Assembly (NCBI GenBank): GCA_029287195.1
Contig: JARFRN010000149.1
Coordinates: forward strand, 1-56,103
Origin: Acidimicrobiia bacterium
Lineage (GTDB): Bacteria > Actinomycetota > Acidimicrobiia > Spongiisociales > UBA5794
Length of the DNA: 56,103 bases
Reading direction: 5' to 3'
The notes under the pieces are model-generated. The model was not told the origin of the DNA. It made no database searches and saw only the letters and a list, made by a program, of their open reading frames with translations. Numbering within the stretch: the stretch's first letter is position 1; each line of letters begins with the position of its first letter. This document shows positions 20,654-30,372 of the stretch, in pieces. The position numbers and the translations under genes are program-made.

Positions 20654-23217
20654 AGCCGCTCGATCCTGTTGCCGGCGAGGACCGACGCGGCCCACTGACT
20701 CAGTTGCGGCCGATTGATTTTCGAGTTGTGCCTCTTGTCAACCGGAAGGCCGGCCACCGCCAGCACCGCAGCTACTTCAACCGGGATCGCCCCACGAACG
20801 GCATCCGCCAGGGCGAAGTCGGCCAATCCTGCCCGTCTTGGCGGCACGTCTGGCACCAGGACCAGGATGACCTGTTGCGTGCCGGCGGGCCCAATTCCGA
20901 CGGCCGCGGCTTGGGCAACGCCGGCGACTCCTTCCGCGGCATGTTCGATGGCCACCGGGGTCACAACTCCCGCTGCGGTCTTGATGACGTGGATGAGCCG
21001 GCCCTCGATCCACAGGCAACCCGCGTCGTCGAGGTGCCCCACGTCTCCGCTGCGATGCCAGCCGACCGGATGGGCGCTGGCCTGCTGGGTGACCCAGAGC
21101 TTGTCGTACTCATCCTTCACATGGGCGGCCCGAATACAAACCTCGCCGACCACCTCCGGATCAATCGTCAGCGGTCCGGTGGCGTTCCCATCCGCATCCA
21201 GCGGGCTGATAGCAACCTCGACGCCCGCCACCGGTCGGCCCACACACACTCCGTCGCCGGTCCCCACCGACTCGATTTCCGTGAGACTGATGTCCGCGAC
21301 CGGCAAGACCTCGGTCATCCCGTAAGGCGTATGCAACTCTGCATTGGGGACGATTTTGGCGACCTCCCGCAGCAGTCGGGCAGGCACCGGAGCACCCGCC
21401 GACATGAGCAGCCGCGTGCTGCTGAGGGCATTGTGCAGTTGCGGCGTGAGGTTGTGTGCGGTGGCGACGATGTTCCGGAGCGCGGCAGGCGAAGCGAACA
21501 CCAGAGTCGCATCTACCGCCGCAGCAGCTCCGGCCAGGGCCGTTGCGGTGAGCGTCCCCGGTGAGGTGATTTCCATATCTGGAACCACGGAGGTGATCCC
21601 CAGCGCAGCCCCGTAGAGCGCAAAGGGCCCGAACGCGGCGACAAGCCGATCCTCCTCCGTGATTGCGTACAGGGCGGCGATTGCGTCTCGGTTGGCCCGG
21701 GCTTGATGATGCCGGTAGGTCACCCCTTTGGCCGGCCCGGTTGCCCCTGAGGTAAAAGCCACGATTGCCACGTCGTCGGCCCCTGGGGGCTCCGGCATGG
21801 GCGCTTCCCTGCCCAATTCCTCTAGCTCATCGAGAGTCTTCCAGATTCCCAACGCCCTGCGCGCTTGCGTGCCGACGGAGTCGACAGAGATCCGCTTGCC
21901 GGGCCAGCGCAATGAACGTGCTGCCAGAATGGCGCGGCGTACTCCGATGAGATAGCTCGGTGCGGCACTCTCCAGCGCCTGGGTCATCCCTCTGGGGCCG
22001 AGCCCGGCATCTGCGATCACTACCACAGCTCCGAGTCGCCAGCATGCGTACAGGCAAACGGTCAGATCGACACCGGGAGGCACCAGCAGTGCAACCCGGT
22101 CTCCCCTACGTATCCCTGCTGCCGCCATCCCGCCTGCTGTGGCTGCAACCGCGGCGGCAAGTTCTGCAAAACTCACCGAGCGCACCATCTCCGCACCCTT
22201 CATCTCGGCAACCGCGACGGCGTCATCCTCGTGACGGCGCTCGATTGCCGCCCACAGCGGTTGGCCGGATACCGGCGCCGAGTACCCGCCCGCCCCTTCA
22301 TCGAGCGTCTCGAGCCACCGGAAGATCGGGGTGGCGACGTCGACTTCCTCCGGCAGCAGGTGGCTCGCTTGCGGATACCGATGAACCGCAGCGCCCGGCA
22401 GACGCTGCGCGAGGTCTCGCAGATAGAGATCCGAGAAGACGGGATCGGAGGAGCCCCAGAGGAGCAGTGCAGGCAGGTCGTCCATGCAAGCCAGGGACGC
22501 CGCGACGTCGTCAAGCGCCGGGGAACTGGGATGATCGGCCTCGAGAGGAATGTCGGCGACGAACGTGGCGATGGCGCGGCGGCGGGCGGCTGTGGTGTAT
22601 GGGGCGAGATAGGCGGCTCGCACCGGTCGTTGAATGTGCTTCTTGGACAGACGTACCGTGCCTTTGATGAACCCGGTAGTCCGTGTGCATAGGGTCTCGA
22701 GAATGCCCGGCGAACGAGCCATCCTGATGAGACGGGGCGTCGGCGACCCTGCAGGCTGGTGAACCGCCGTGTTCATCAACACCACACCTGCCAGCCGGCT
22801 GCGGTGCCGACCTGCCCAGCCCAGCGAAATTGGCCCTCCCCAGTCGTGGGCCACTACGACGACAGGACTGTTGATGCCGAGCGCCCCAATGACGGTATCG
22901 AGATCGTCGATGCGTTGCCCCAAACGGCGGGTTTGTCCGGTCCGCTCGGAGAAGCCCATATCGAGATGGTCGACGGCAACCACCCGGACATCCCTCGGCG
23001 CAGCGGCGAGAACGCTTCTCCACAGGTACGACCAGGTTGGATTGCCGTGGACACACACCAAGGTGATTCGCGGTTTGGCCACCCGGTTATCGAGTACGTG
23101 CCACCTCCGCTCGACTTCCCGGCTATCGAGCGCGGTGACGAGCCGTGACCATTTCGCATCGAGACCTTCTAAGCCCGCCGGGGGCAGAGACGCCGCTGCG
23201 ATCGGGCTCGGGCTCAC
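20650..23217 (-). CDS. oleBC: OleB-OleC fusion (haloalkane-dehalogenase-like beta-lactone decarboxylase + AMP-dependent beta-lactone synthetase)
   Basis: N-terminal HGNPTWSYLWR and AHDWGG (Asp nucleophile); C-terminal FTSGATGPAKG, TPYGMTE, HRSGDVG and LPVDKRHNSKI; GTG 23217 overlaps the oleA stop. Confidence 0.88.
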   Translation of the reverse strand: MSPSPIAAASLPPAGLEGLDAKWSRLVTALDSREVERRWHVLDNRVAKPRITLVCVHGNPTWSYLWRSVLAAAPRDVRVVAVDHLDMGFSERTGQTRRLGQRIDDLDTVIGALGINSPVVVVAHDWGGPISLGWAGRHRSRLAGVVLMNTAVHQPAGSPTPRLIRMARSPGILETLCTRTTGFIKGTVRLSKKHIQRPVRAAYLAPYTTAARRRAIATFVADIPLEADHPSSPALDDVAASLACMDDLPALLLWGSSDPVFSDLYLRDLAQRLPGAAVHRYPQASHLLPEEVDVATPIFRWLETLDEGAGGYSAPVSGQPLWAAIERRHEDDAVAVAEMKGAEMVRSVSFAELAAAVAATAGGMAAAGIRRGDRVALLVPPGVDLTVCLYACWRLGAVVVIADAGLGPRGMTQALESAAPSYLIGVRRAILAARSLRWPGKRISVDSVGTQARRALGIWKTLDELEELGREAPMPEPPGADDVAIVAFTSGATGPAKGVTYRHHQARANRDAIAALYAITEEDRLVAAFGPFALYGAALGITSVVPDMEITSPGTLTATALAGAAAAVDATLVFASPAALRNIVATAHNLTPQLHNALSSTRLLMSAGAPVPARLLREVAKIVPNAELHTPYGMTEVLPVADISLTEIESVGTGDGVCVGRPVAGVEVAISPLDADGNATGPLTIDPEVVGEVCIRAAHVKDEYDKLWVTQQASAHPVGWHRSGDVGHLDDAGCLWIEGRLIHVIKTAAGVVTPVAIEHAAEGVAGVAQAAAVGIGPAGTQQVILVLVPDVPPRRAGLADFALADAVRGAIPVEVAAVLAVAGLPVDKRHNSKINRPQLSQWAASVLAGNRIERL

Positions 23218-24233
23218 CACACCACTTCTGTTGCCGCCGCGTTGATCCCCGAACCCATGCCCATGAGAATCACCCGATCGCCCGGCTGTAGAGAGTCGAC
23301 CTCCAGGGACAACGTGATCGGAATCGATGCCGGACCGACGTTGCCGCGCAGCGGGAAGGTGAGCGGCACTCGAGCAGTGTCGATACCGAGGCGTTCGCAC
23401 AGCATTGCCGTGTGCACCTGTGACACCTGGTGAATGATGTAGCGGTCGGCGTCCAGCCATCCCCACTCGTCTGCGTCGCCCCAAGCCAACTTGGATACGT
23501 CGAGCCCGGCATCGAGCAGCCCTCTGGTATCGGTGATCATCTTCTCGAGCGTCCCGATGCACAGGTTGTGATGGCTGGTATCACCGCGAGAGATTCCTCC
23601 GATGACCCGATGGCTGCCCGGGTTGTCGGAGTGACGGCCGATGACGGCGGCGGCCCCTCCAGAACCGAGCGTGAGCGTGGCGAACTCGGCAAAGAGGTCC
23701 GCCATGGTCGCATCAGGTCCGGCCAACCGGCTCAGCGTTGCCTCCTGGGTGTACCGGCTGCCTTCGCCGTCGACAACCAACGCGTAGTTGATCTGGCCGC
23801 TGTCGATCATCGACGCCGCCAGCTGGATGGCGTTCATGAAACCAAGACACGCATTCCCCAGATCGAAGTTGATGCACCAGCTGGGAAGGTCGAGCAAATG
23901 ATGAACCGTGACCGCCGACGATGGTTCGAGACGATCGCGACACACCGAGGTATCGATCAGCAGCCCGATCTCGTCGGGCCTGACCCCGCTGGCTGCAAGC
24001 GCTTTCTGACCGGCGGCAGCGGCAGCTTTAGTGAACGTGTAGCCCTCGGGCCACCAGCGTCGCTCCTTGATCCCGGCGAGGCTTTCGAGCAGCCCGGACT
24101 GCGCCCCCACTCGCGCATAGGTCTCGGCCAGACGCTCGTCGAATTGGGCGGAAGTGACCACCTCGGGTGCGTCTACGTGGGCAATGGAGACGATGGCGGT
24201 GTCCGCGTACTTGAATGATGCGTTCCCTGACAT
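23214..24233 (-). CDS. oleA: OleA acyl-CoA condensing enzyme (thiolase/FabH-like)
   Basis: GIKERRWW, TSVCRDRLEPS (OleA Glu), FDLGNACLGFMN (Cys), HQVS (His), GNVGPAS (Asn) and MGSGIN; adjacent to oleBC and oleD. Confidence 0.88.
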   Translation of the reverse strand: MSGNASFKYADTAIVSIAHVDAPEVVTSAQFDERLAETYARVGAQSGLLESLAGIKERRWWPEGYTFTKAAAAAGQKALAASGVRPDEIGLLIDTSVCRDRLEPSSAVTVHHLLDLPSWCINFDLGNACLGFMNAIQLAASMIDSGQINYALVVDGEGSRYTQEATLSRLAGPDATMADLFAEFATLTLGSGGAAAVIGRHSDNPGSHRVIGGISRGDTSHHNLCIGTLEKMITDTRGLLDAGLDVSKLAWGDADEWGWLDADRYIIHQVSQVHTAMLCERLGIDTARVPLTFPLRGNVGPASIPITLSLEVDSLQPGDRVILMGMGSGINAAATEVVW

Positions 24234-24398
24234 CGGATGTCTTTCTCTGAGATGTTGGAGGATTCTCGCACGAAAACGGATCGAAGCTTGCATTCACGCT
24301 CACCACCCACCGGTTCTTGCGGCTCTGGGTACGACATGTCGGACCAGCACCCGCAGGAACGGAGGGGCGCCGAGTGATCCGGGTGCCAGAATCGGCTC

Positions 24399-25379
24399 AT
24401 GACCGAAGCAACCGTCGGCATCGACGGCGATGAGCTGACGATCACCAACGCCGACAAGATCATGTTCCCTGAGCGGGGCTGGACCAAGCTCGACCTCGTC
24501 AACCACTACCTGGCTTGTGTCGACGGTGCCTTGGCAGGCGTGTTTGGGCGTCCCACGATGCTCAAATGCTTCCCGCGCGGCGTCGGCGAGAAGCCGTACT
24601 ACCGCAAGCGGGCCCCCAAGTCGGCCGGGGAGCGCTACTTCGTCGAGTTTCCTTCGGGCCGCACCGCGGGCTACTTCGTACCACGGACTCCCTACGACGT
24701 GATTTGGATGGCCCAGCTCAACTGCGTAGATCTCAACCCGTGGCCGAGCCGGGTCGAACATGTGGAAAACGCCGACGAGTTTCGTATCGACCTCGACCCC
24801 ACACCCGAGGCGACGTGGCCTGAGGTGCAGGCGGTGGCAATGACGGTGGCCGAGACGCTGAACGACTTTGGCTTGAACGGCTACCCCAAAACTTCGGGCT
24901 CGAAGGGCATCCACATCTACGTGCGTATCGAGCCCGTCTATTCCTTTCTCGAGGTACGCAAGGCCGCCCTGGCTTTCGGTCGCGAGGTCGAGCGACGCCG
25001 CCCCGACATCGTCACCACCCAGTGGCGGAAGGAGGACCGCCACGGCGTATTCATCGACTACAACCAGAACAGTCGTGACCGCACCATCGCCAGCGCTTAT
25101 TCGGTGCGTCCCACCGGGTGGGTTTCGACACCTCTCACATGGGCCGAGGTGCCTGTCGTCGAACTCGCCGACTTCCCGATGGTCGGCTTTGCGGCCCGCT
25201 ATGAAAGGCTGGGAGACGTGATGGCCGGCATCGACGATGAAGCCTTCTCGCTCGGCTCGCTGCTGGACCATGCGGCCCGGGACATGGCCGGGGATCTACC
25301 GGGCGAGCCGTGGCCCGAAAGCTTCGGCAGGCCGCGAGGACGCCGCAGCTGGTGGCCACTGCCTGACGAGCCGCAGTAG
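24399..25379 (+). CDS. Stand-alone LigD-type primase-polymerase (AEP family)
   Basis: TNADKIMFP, TKLDLVNHY, RIDLDP (DxD), KTSGSKGIHIY, FIDYNQN and RTIASAYSVRP. Confidence 0.92.
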   Translation: MTEATVGIDGDELTITNADKIMFPERGWTKLDLVNHYLACVDGALAGVFGRPTMLKCFPRGVGEKPYYRKRAPKSAGERYFVEFPSGRTAGYFVPRTPYDVIWMAQLNCVDLNPWPSRVEHVENADEFRIDLDPTPEATWPEVQAVAMTVAETLNDFGLNGYPKTSGSKGIHIYVRIEPVYSFLEVRKAALAFGREVERRRPDIVTTQWRKEDRHGVFIDYNQNSRDRTIASAYSVRPTGWVSTPLTWAEVPVVELADFPMVGFAARYERLGDVMAGIDDEAFSLGSLLDHAARDMAGDLPGEPWPESFGRPRGRRSWWPLPDEPQ

Positions 25380-25388
25380 ATTCGTCCC

Positions 25389-25757
25389 ATGATCGATGGA
25401 ATATCCGGAATTCTCGTCTACACGAGTGAGGCGCAGTTTCCGGCAATGCGCTCCTTCTACGCCGACACGCTGGGCCTGAACCCGCGGTCGGATAGGGACG
25501 GCTTCGTGAACTTCGAATTCGGGGAGATGAGGCTGACCGTTGCAGTCCATTCCAAAATCGATTGCGCCAACCGGGACCCGCTTCACTTGATGGTGAACCT
25601 GGCAGTCGGCGATATCGACAGCGCATATCGCACGGCCGTTGTGGGCGGGGCACGGTCGCTGCGTCCTCCGGAGCGGGAAGAGTGGGGCGGGAAGATCGCT
25701 ACTTTGCAGGATCCCGACGGCAACATCATTCAGTTGATGCAGTTGCCCGGAACCTGA
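25389..25757 (+). CDS. VOC/glyoxalase family protein
   Basis: FYADTLGL, NLAVGDIDSAY and EEWGGKIATLQDPDGNIIQL. Confidence 0.9.
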   Translation: MIDGISGILVYTSEAQFPAMRSFYADTLGLNPRSDRDGFVNFEFGEMRLTVAVHSKIDCANRDPLHLMVNLAVGDIDSAYRTAVVGGARSLRPPEREEWGGKIATLQDPDGNIIQLMQLPGT

Positions 25758-25851
25758 TCCTGCGGTCTCGCTGGTCGCGTTTGCCCAAGCTTGCCATCCC
25801 TCGAAGCGGCGCGATAGCGTGCGACCGGTCAAGGCCATAACCGAGGGCACC

Positions 25852-27483
25852 GTGGAACCCGAGCCGGCAACGTATCAGCGCACTCGATGGCTTGGGCTCG
25901 CAATGATGGCTCTGGGCGTTGCCATGATCATCGTCGATGCCACCATCGTGAACGTCGCGATTCCGTCGATCATCCGTGATCTGAACCTTTCGCTGATCGA
26001 TGCCGAATGGGTGACGACCATCTACTCCCTGGTGTTTGCCGCCTTCCTCATCACCCTGGGCCGAATCGGTGACGCCTCCGGACGCAAACGCCTGCTTCTC
26101 GCCGGACTCGTTGTCTTCGTCATCTCCAGCATGCTTGCGGGTAGGGCACCAAATGGAGGACTGCTCATCGGAGCCCGCCTGCTGCAGGGGTTCGGCGGAG
26201 CGATGATGCTTCCGGCTACGCTTTCGATCGTCAACGCCACGTTCCGGGGCAGAGAACGGGCCATTGCCTTCGGTATCTGGGGATCCGTGATCGGCGGGAT
26301 GGCCGCCGTCGGCCCGCTGCTGGGCGGATGGCTCACTACAGCTCATTCCTGGCGCTGGGCTTTCTACATCAATCTCCCCATCGGGATCGTGGCCTTTGCC
26401 GGCGTGACCGCGTTCGTTACGGAGTCTCGCGACGAGCATGGTCGCCCCGGTTTCGACCTGCCCGGCTTCCTCACCAGTTCCATCGGACTCGTGGGTGTCG
26501 TGTTCGCGCTCATTGAGGGCAGCCGCTACGGGTGGGTTGAACCAACCAGGCTTTTCACGATAGGCAGCTGGGAGTGGCCACTTGCCTCCCTCTCCCCCGT
26601 CGCACCGGCTTTTGCAGTTGGCGTCACCAGCCTGATTGCGTTCTACATGATCGAGCGGCGCCGCAGCCATGCCGGTCGTGTCGTGTTGTTTGATTTCGGG
26701 TTGTTCGGGCTCGGTAGCTTCCGCTACGGCAACCTGGCCGCGTCGATCGTGTCGCTCGGCGAGCTGGGCATGCTGTTCATTCTGCCGCTCTTCCTGCAAG
26801 CGGTATTGGGATACTCGGCCTTCCGCACCGGTGTCGTGCTGCTGCCACTTGCGATCGGTGCGTTCATGGGAGGGCCCACTGCCGCCCACTTCGCCAATCG
26901 TTACGGTCCGCGCCGGGTCGTCACTGCCGGCATGGGCCTGGAAGCGATTGCGATTGCCTCGATCGGCGTACTGCTATCTCCAGAGCTGAACGCTGCGCCC
27001 CTGCTACTTCCCCTGTTCATTTATGGAGTTGGTGTGGGTCTTGCTTCTGCCCAGTTGACGAGCGTTGTCCTGGCCGAGGTACCGCCGCGTGAGTCCGGCC
27101 AGGCGTCGGGCATGCAGACGACTTTCCGCCAGGTCGGTGCTGCTCTAGGGATTGCTCTTCTGGGAACGGTGCTTGCTACCGGGCTGCGTTCCCTGGCGGC
27201 GGACCGTCTCGCCGAGTTGCCGGAGCTTCCTCCTGCAGCCCAAGCCGGAATCGTCCAAGCGGTCGATGCATCTGGAGGCCAGGTGCTCACCTCCTTGCGA
27301 GAGGATCCGCAAAACGCTGCAGTTGTCGAGGCGGTGGAGGGGGCATTCGCCGACGCGGCTCGCCGCTCGGCCATCACCGGTCTCGTGTTCGTCATCGTCG
27401 GGTTTGGGCTCAGCCTTCTGCTGCCCGAGACGCGTGACTTCGATCTTGCGGACGACCCGGCAGACGGAGCTAAAACCGCCTGA
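25852..27483 (+). CDS. MFS DHA2 (EmrB/QacA-like) efflux transporter
   Basis: VDATIVNVAIPSI, motif A GRIGDASGRKR, RLLQGFGGA, GPLLGGWL and WRWAFYINLPIG; many TM segments. Start placed at GTG 25852 (alternative 25819). Confidence 0.93.
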   Translation: MEPEPATYQRTRWLGLAMMALGVAMIIVDATIVNVAIPSIIRDLNLSLIDAEWVTTIYSLVFAAFLITLGRIGDASGRKRLLLAGLVVFVISSMLAGRAPNGGLLIGARLLQGFGGAMMLPATLSIVNATFRGRERAIAFGIWGSVIGGMAAVGPLLGGWLTTAHSWRWAFYINLPIGIVAFAGVTAFVTESRDEHGRPGFDLPGFLTSSIGLVGVVFALIEGSRYGWVEPTRLFTIGSWEWPLASLSPVAPAFAVGVTSLIAFYMIERRRSHAGRVVLFDFGLFGLGSFRYGNLAASIVSLGELGMLFILPLFLQAVLGYSAFRTGVVLLPLAIGAFMGGPTAAHFANRYGPRRVVTAGMGLEAIAIASIGVLLSPELNAAPLLLPLFIYGVGVGLASAQLTSVVLAEVPPRESGQASGMQTTFRQVGAALGIALLGTVLATGLRSLAADRLAELPELPPAAQAGIVQAVDASGGQVLTSLREDPQNAAVVEAVEGAFADAARRSAITGLVFVIVGFGLSLLLPETRDFDLADDPADGAKTA

Positions 27484-27486
27484 GGG

Positions 27487-28620
27487 CTACTCGCCGGTTC
27501 CCAAAACCCATTCATGACCGTCCCGGGTGTCGCGCACCTCGACGCCCAAGCCAGCCAGAGCGACCCGGATGTTGTCGGCTCGTTCGTAATCGCCCCGGCG
27601 ACGGGCATCGGATCGCAGCTCGAGCAGCAACTCGACAAAACCCCCGACGGACTCCCGAGGATCCCGTAGCCCGGCTTGCGCCAACTCTGCGACTTCTACG
27701 AGCTTCGCACGAAACTCAAGGCGGATACTCGCATCATCCCGGCTCAATTCCTCGGAGAGCAGCAGATCGGCCAACAGTTCTTCGAGACCGGTGGTCGAGA
27801 GCGCCGACGTGGGCTCAGCGGTGGATCGCATCGCCGGCCGAAAGCTGCCGACAATGTCGCCGACGGCCAGAAGCTCGGTCGTCGACCCCGAGTCCAGGAT
27901 CAGGTCGTTACGTCCGCGCACAGTCACCGTTCCCCGGCCGGTGACGGCAAGCGTCCCCGCGTCGAAGTCGACGGTGGCGGCCGTGTGTTCATCAACGCCG
28001 ATCACCCCGACATCTAGGTCCTGCTCCAGCACTGCGAGACGTCTCTGGCCGATGTAGCACCGCGACGTATCGTGGTTGCCGCCCTCAGCGTTGTTCCAGT
28101 GAGGAATCACAACGCAAGGCAGTCCGAGTCGACTGAAGAGATCCAGCCCATCAAGCCAAAACGGGTCCTGACCGACCTTGTAGATCTCGTAGACCGGGAT
28201 GGCCTTCCGCCCCAGGGTCAGCGACGCCGCCGAGGCGAATGTGAGCGTGCCCCCGGCCTCGATCATTGCCTGCAGCGCATCTACGATCCCGGCCCGTTGC
28301 CAGATGTCGAGCGCATAACTCGGTGACCCGGGCCCGGCGAAGACGTAGCGGGCCCGGCGCACCGCAGCCAGCAGTCTTTCCTTCTGCACTTCATCGAAGT
28401 TGCGATGCCGCAGCGAAACGACATCGGCAGCGATGTTGAGACTTGTCTTGAAGAACTCGACCAGTCGCTCGGTGAGGTGTGAAGCGTTCTCCTGGAACCC
28501 GAAGGGTGTGTCCAGGACGACAACCCGGTCGGCGGCGGCAGCCTCGATCCCGGCCCGGTGGGTCCCAATCAAGACCGGAGCCAGCTCGCCAGAACCCATG
28601 ATGATGACCCGCCCGCCCAT
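27487..28620 (-). CDS. Peptidase S51 (cyanophycinase/PepE-like) domain fused to a CysRS C-terminal-like helical domain
   Basis: MGSGE, FAGPGSPSY, FASAA (Ser elbow), VIPHWNN and GVDEHTA; C-terminus LRSDARRRGDYERADNIRVALAGLGVEVRDTRDGHEW. Confidence 0.75.
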   Translation of the reverse strand: MGGRVIIMGSGELAPVLIGTHRAGIEAAAADRVVVLDTPFGFQENASHLTERLVEFFKTSLNIAADVVSLRHRNFDEVQKERLLAAVRRARYVFAGPGSPSYALDIWQRAGIVDALQAMIEAGGTLTFASAASLTLGRKAIPVYEIYKVGQDPFWLDGLDLFSRLGLPCVVIPHWNNAEGGNHDTSRCYIGQRRLAVLEQDLDVGVIGVDEHTAATVDFDAGTLAVTGRGTVTVRGRNDLILDSGSTTELLAVGDIVGSFRPAMRSTAEPTSALSTTGLEELLADLLLSEELSRDDASIRLEFRAKLVEVAELAQAGLRDPRESVGGFVELLLELRSDARRRGDYERADNIRVALAGLGVEVRDTRDGHEWVLGTGE

Positions 28621-28830
28621 ATCAGTACCCCCGCAGCCCATGCAACAGGAGCCGCGGCAGATTCGTGGGGCTGGTTGTCGTCTGTGTTCCCGGCACGCGA
28701 TTCATTGGTGCTAGTCAGTTCGGTCCCGCCGACTCTATCGGTTTTCAACGACCGCTGCGCGCAACGGGCCCGGCAACTCCCGCCGATACTTTCAGGGCAG
28801 CCAATGCCCGTCTGCGACTAGATTCGCCGC

Positions 28831-30294
28831 ATGAAAGTTCTAGTTACGGGCGCGACCGGCTACATCGGCGGGCGGCTGGTCCCGCTGCTCCTCGAACGAG
28901 GTCACGAGGTCCGGTGCATGACCCGCGACTGGGAATCGCTGACTCTGGACCCTTGGAAAGACCGAGTCGAAGTCGTGACCGCCGACGCACACGACGAGTC
29001 GAGCCTCGATCCGGCGCTCGATGGCTGCGACGCCGCGTTCTTCCTCATCCACTCGATGAAGGGCTCGCCAACACGGTTCGCCGAAGATGGTCGCAGGGCG
29101 GCCGCCAATTTCCGTGACGCCGCCGACCGCGCCGGTATCGGCCGAATCGTGTATCTCGGCGGCCTCGGTTCCGAAAAGGACGAACTCTCAGAACACTTGG
29201 CGAGCCGGCAAGAAGTCGGGCGAGTACTGGCCATGGGAAAGACACCTGTGACCGAGTTGCGGGCGGCAGTGATCATCGGCTCGGGGTCAATGTCCTTCGA
29301 AATGATCCGCCACCTCACCGAGGTGCTTCCAATCATGATGACGCCGCGGTGGGTGGAGACCCGCTGCCAGCCCATTGCGATTCGCAACGTCCTCGAAATC
29401 TTGGTCTCGGTCCTGGACGACGACGGATCTGACAACCACCTCTACGAGATCGGCGGGCCCGATATCCTGACGTACGAACAGATGATGCAGATCTATGCCG
29501 AGGTCGCCGGTCTGCGGAGACGACCGGTGATACCGCTGCCGATCTTCAGCGCCCGGCTGTCCGCTCCGCTCGTCGGGTTGGTAACACCTCTTCCAGTCGA
29601 CGTGGCACGGCCCCTGATTGAAAGCCTGCAGAACGACGTGGTGGTTTGCCGCTCCTCGCCACAGGGGTACGAGCCGGAAGGTCTGATCCCATATCGGGAA
29701 GCCATCGAGCGAGCCTTGTACTCCGTGTCCCACCGTGAAGTCGAAACACGCTGGTCAGATGCGCTGACAACGCCCGGTGCCCCGCTGCCCGGAGATCCAG
29801 TGTGGGCGGGCGCCCACATGTTGACCGATCGCCAGGTTGCCGGATCAAAGGCCCGCCCGGAGGATCTCTTCTGGGCGGTGACCCGAATCGGCGGGGATGT
29901 CGGCTACTACGCAATGAACTGGGCATGGAAGATCCGCGGCTGGATCGACCAGGTGATCGGCGGAGTTGGGCTGCGCCGCGGTAGACGCCACCCGGAGGAA
30001 TTGAGGCCCGGGGAGTCGCTCGACTTCTTCCGGGTCGCCGAGATCGAGCCGCACCTCGGCCGACTGCTACTTCAAGCGGAGATGAAGGTGCCGGGAACAG
30101 CCTGGCTCGAGTGGTGTGCCGAGCCGGCACCCGGCGGTTCCAAGTTGACGCAGACCGCATGGTTTGTCCCGCGGGGTCTGGTGGGGAGGCTCTACTGGTG
30201 GGCTCTCTTACCGTTTCATGCACCGATCTGGCGTCTCATGGCCAGGCGGATGGCGAAGACGGCGGAGCGACGGCAGGAACTCTCACCCGGGTGA
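28831..30294 (+). CDS. YbjT-like atypical SDR with C-terminal DUF2867
   Basis: VTGATGYIGGRL, IVYLGGL, SEHLASRQEV, RAAVIIGSGS, GESLDFFRV and AEMKVPGTAWLE. Confidence 0.92.
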   Translation: MKVLVTGATGYIGGRLVPLLLERGHEVRCMTRDWESLTLDPWKDRVEVVTADAHDESSLDPALDGCDAAFFLIHSMKGSPTRFAEDGRRAAANFRDAADRAGIGRIVYLGGLGSEKDELSEHLASRQEVGRVLAMGKTPVTELRAAVIIGSGSMSFEMIRHLTEVLPIMMTPRWVETRCQPIAIRNVLEILVSVLDDDGSDNHLYEIGGPDILTYEQMMQIYAEVAGLRRRPVIPLPIFSARLSAPLVGLVTPLPVDVARPLIESLQNDVVVCRSSPQGYEPEGLIPYREAIERALYSVSHREVETRWSDALTTPGAPLPGDPVWAGAHMLTDRQVAGSKARPEDLFWAVTRIGGDVGYYAMNWAWKIRGWIDQVIGGVGLRRGRRHPEELRPGESLDFFRVAEIEPHLGRLLLQAEMKVPGTAWLEWCAEPAPGGSKLTQTAWFVPRGLVGRLYWWALLPFHAPIWRLMARRMAKTAERRQELSPG

Positions 30295-30372
30295 CTGGGC
30301 TTCGCCTCGATCGAGTGGCGCGTACAGTTGGAGCTAGAGAACTCACTTCGACATCGACGGCGAAAGAGACGT

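Noticed and set aside
23218-23562. N-terminal extension of the 970-aa OleBC ORF
   Set aside because: It overlaps oleA in another frame; GTGA coupling at 23214-23217 gives the real start. The same logic applies to the extensions of ORFs starting at 30657, 40801 and 47150.
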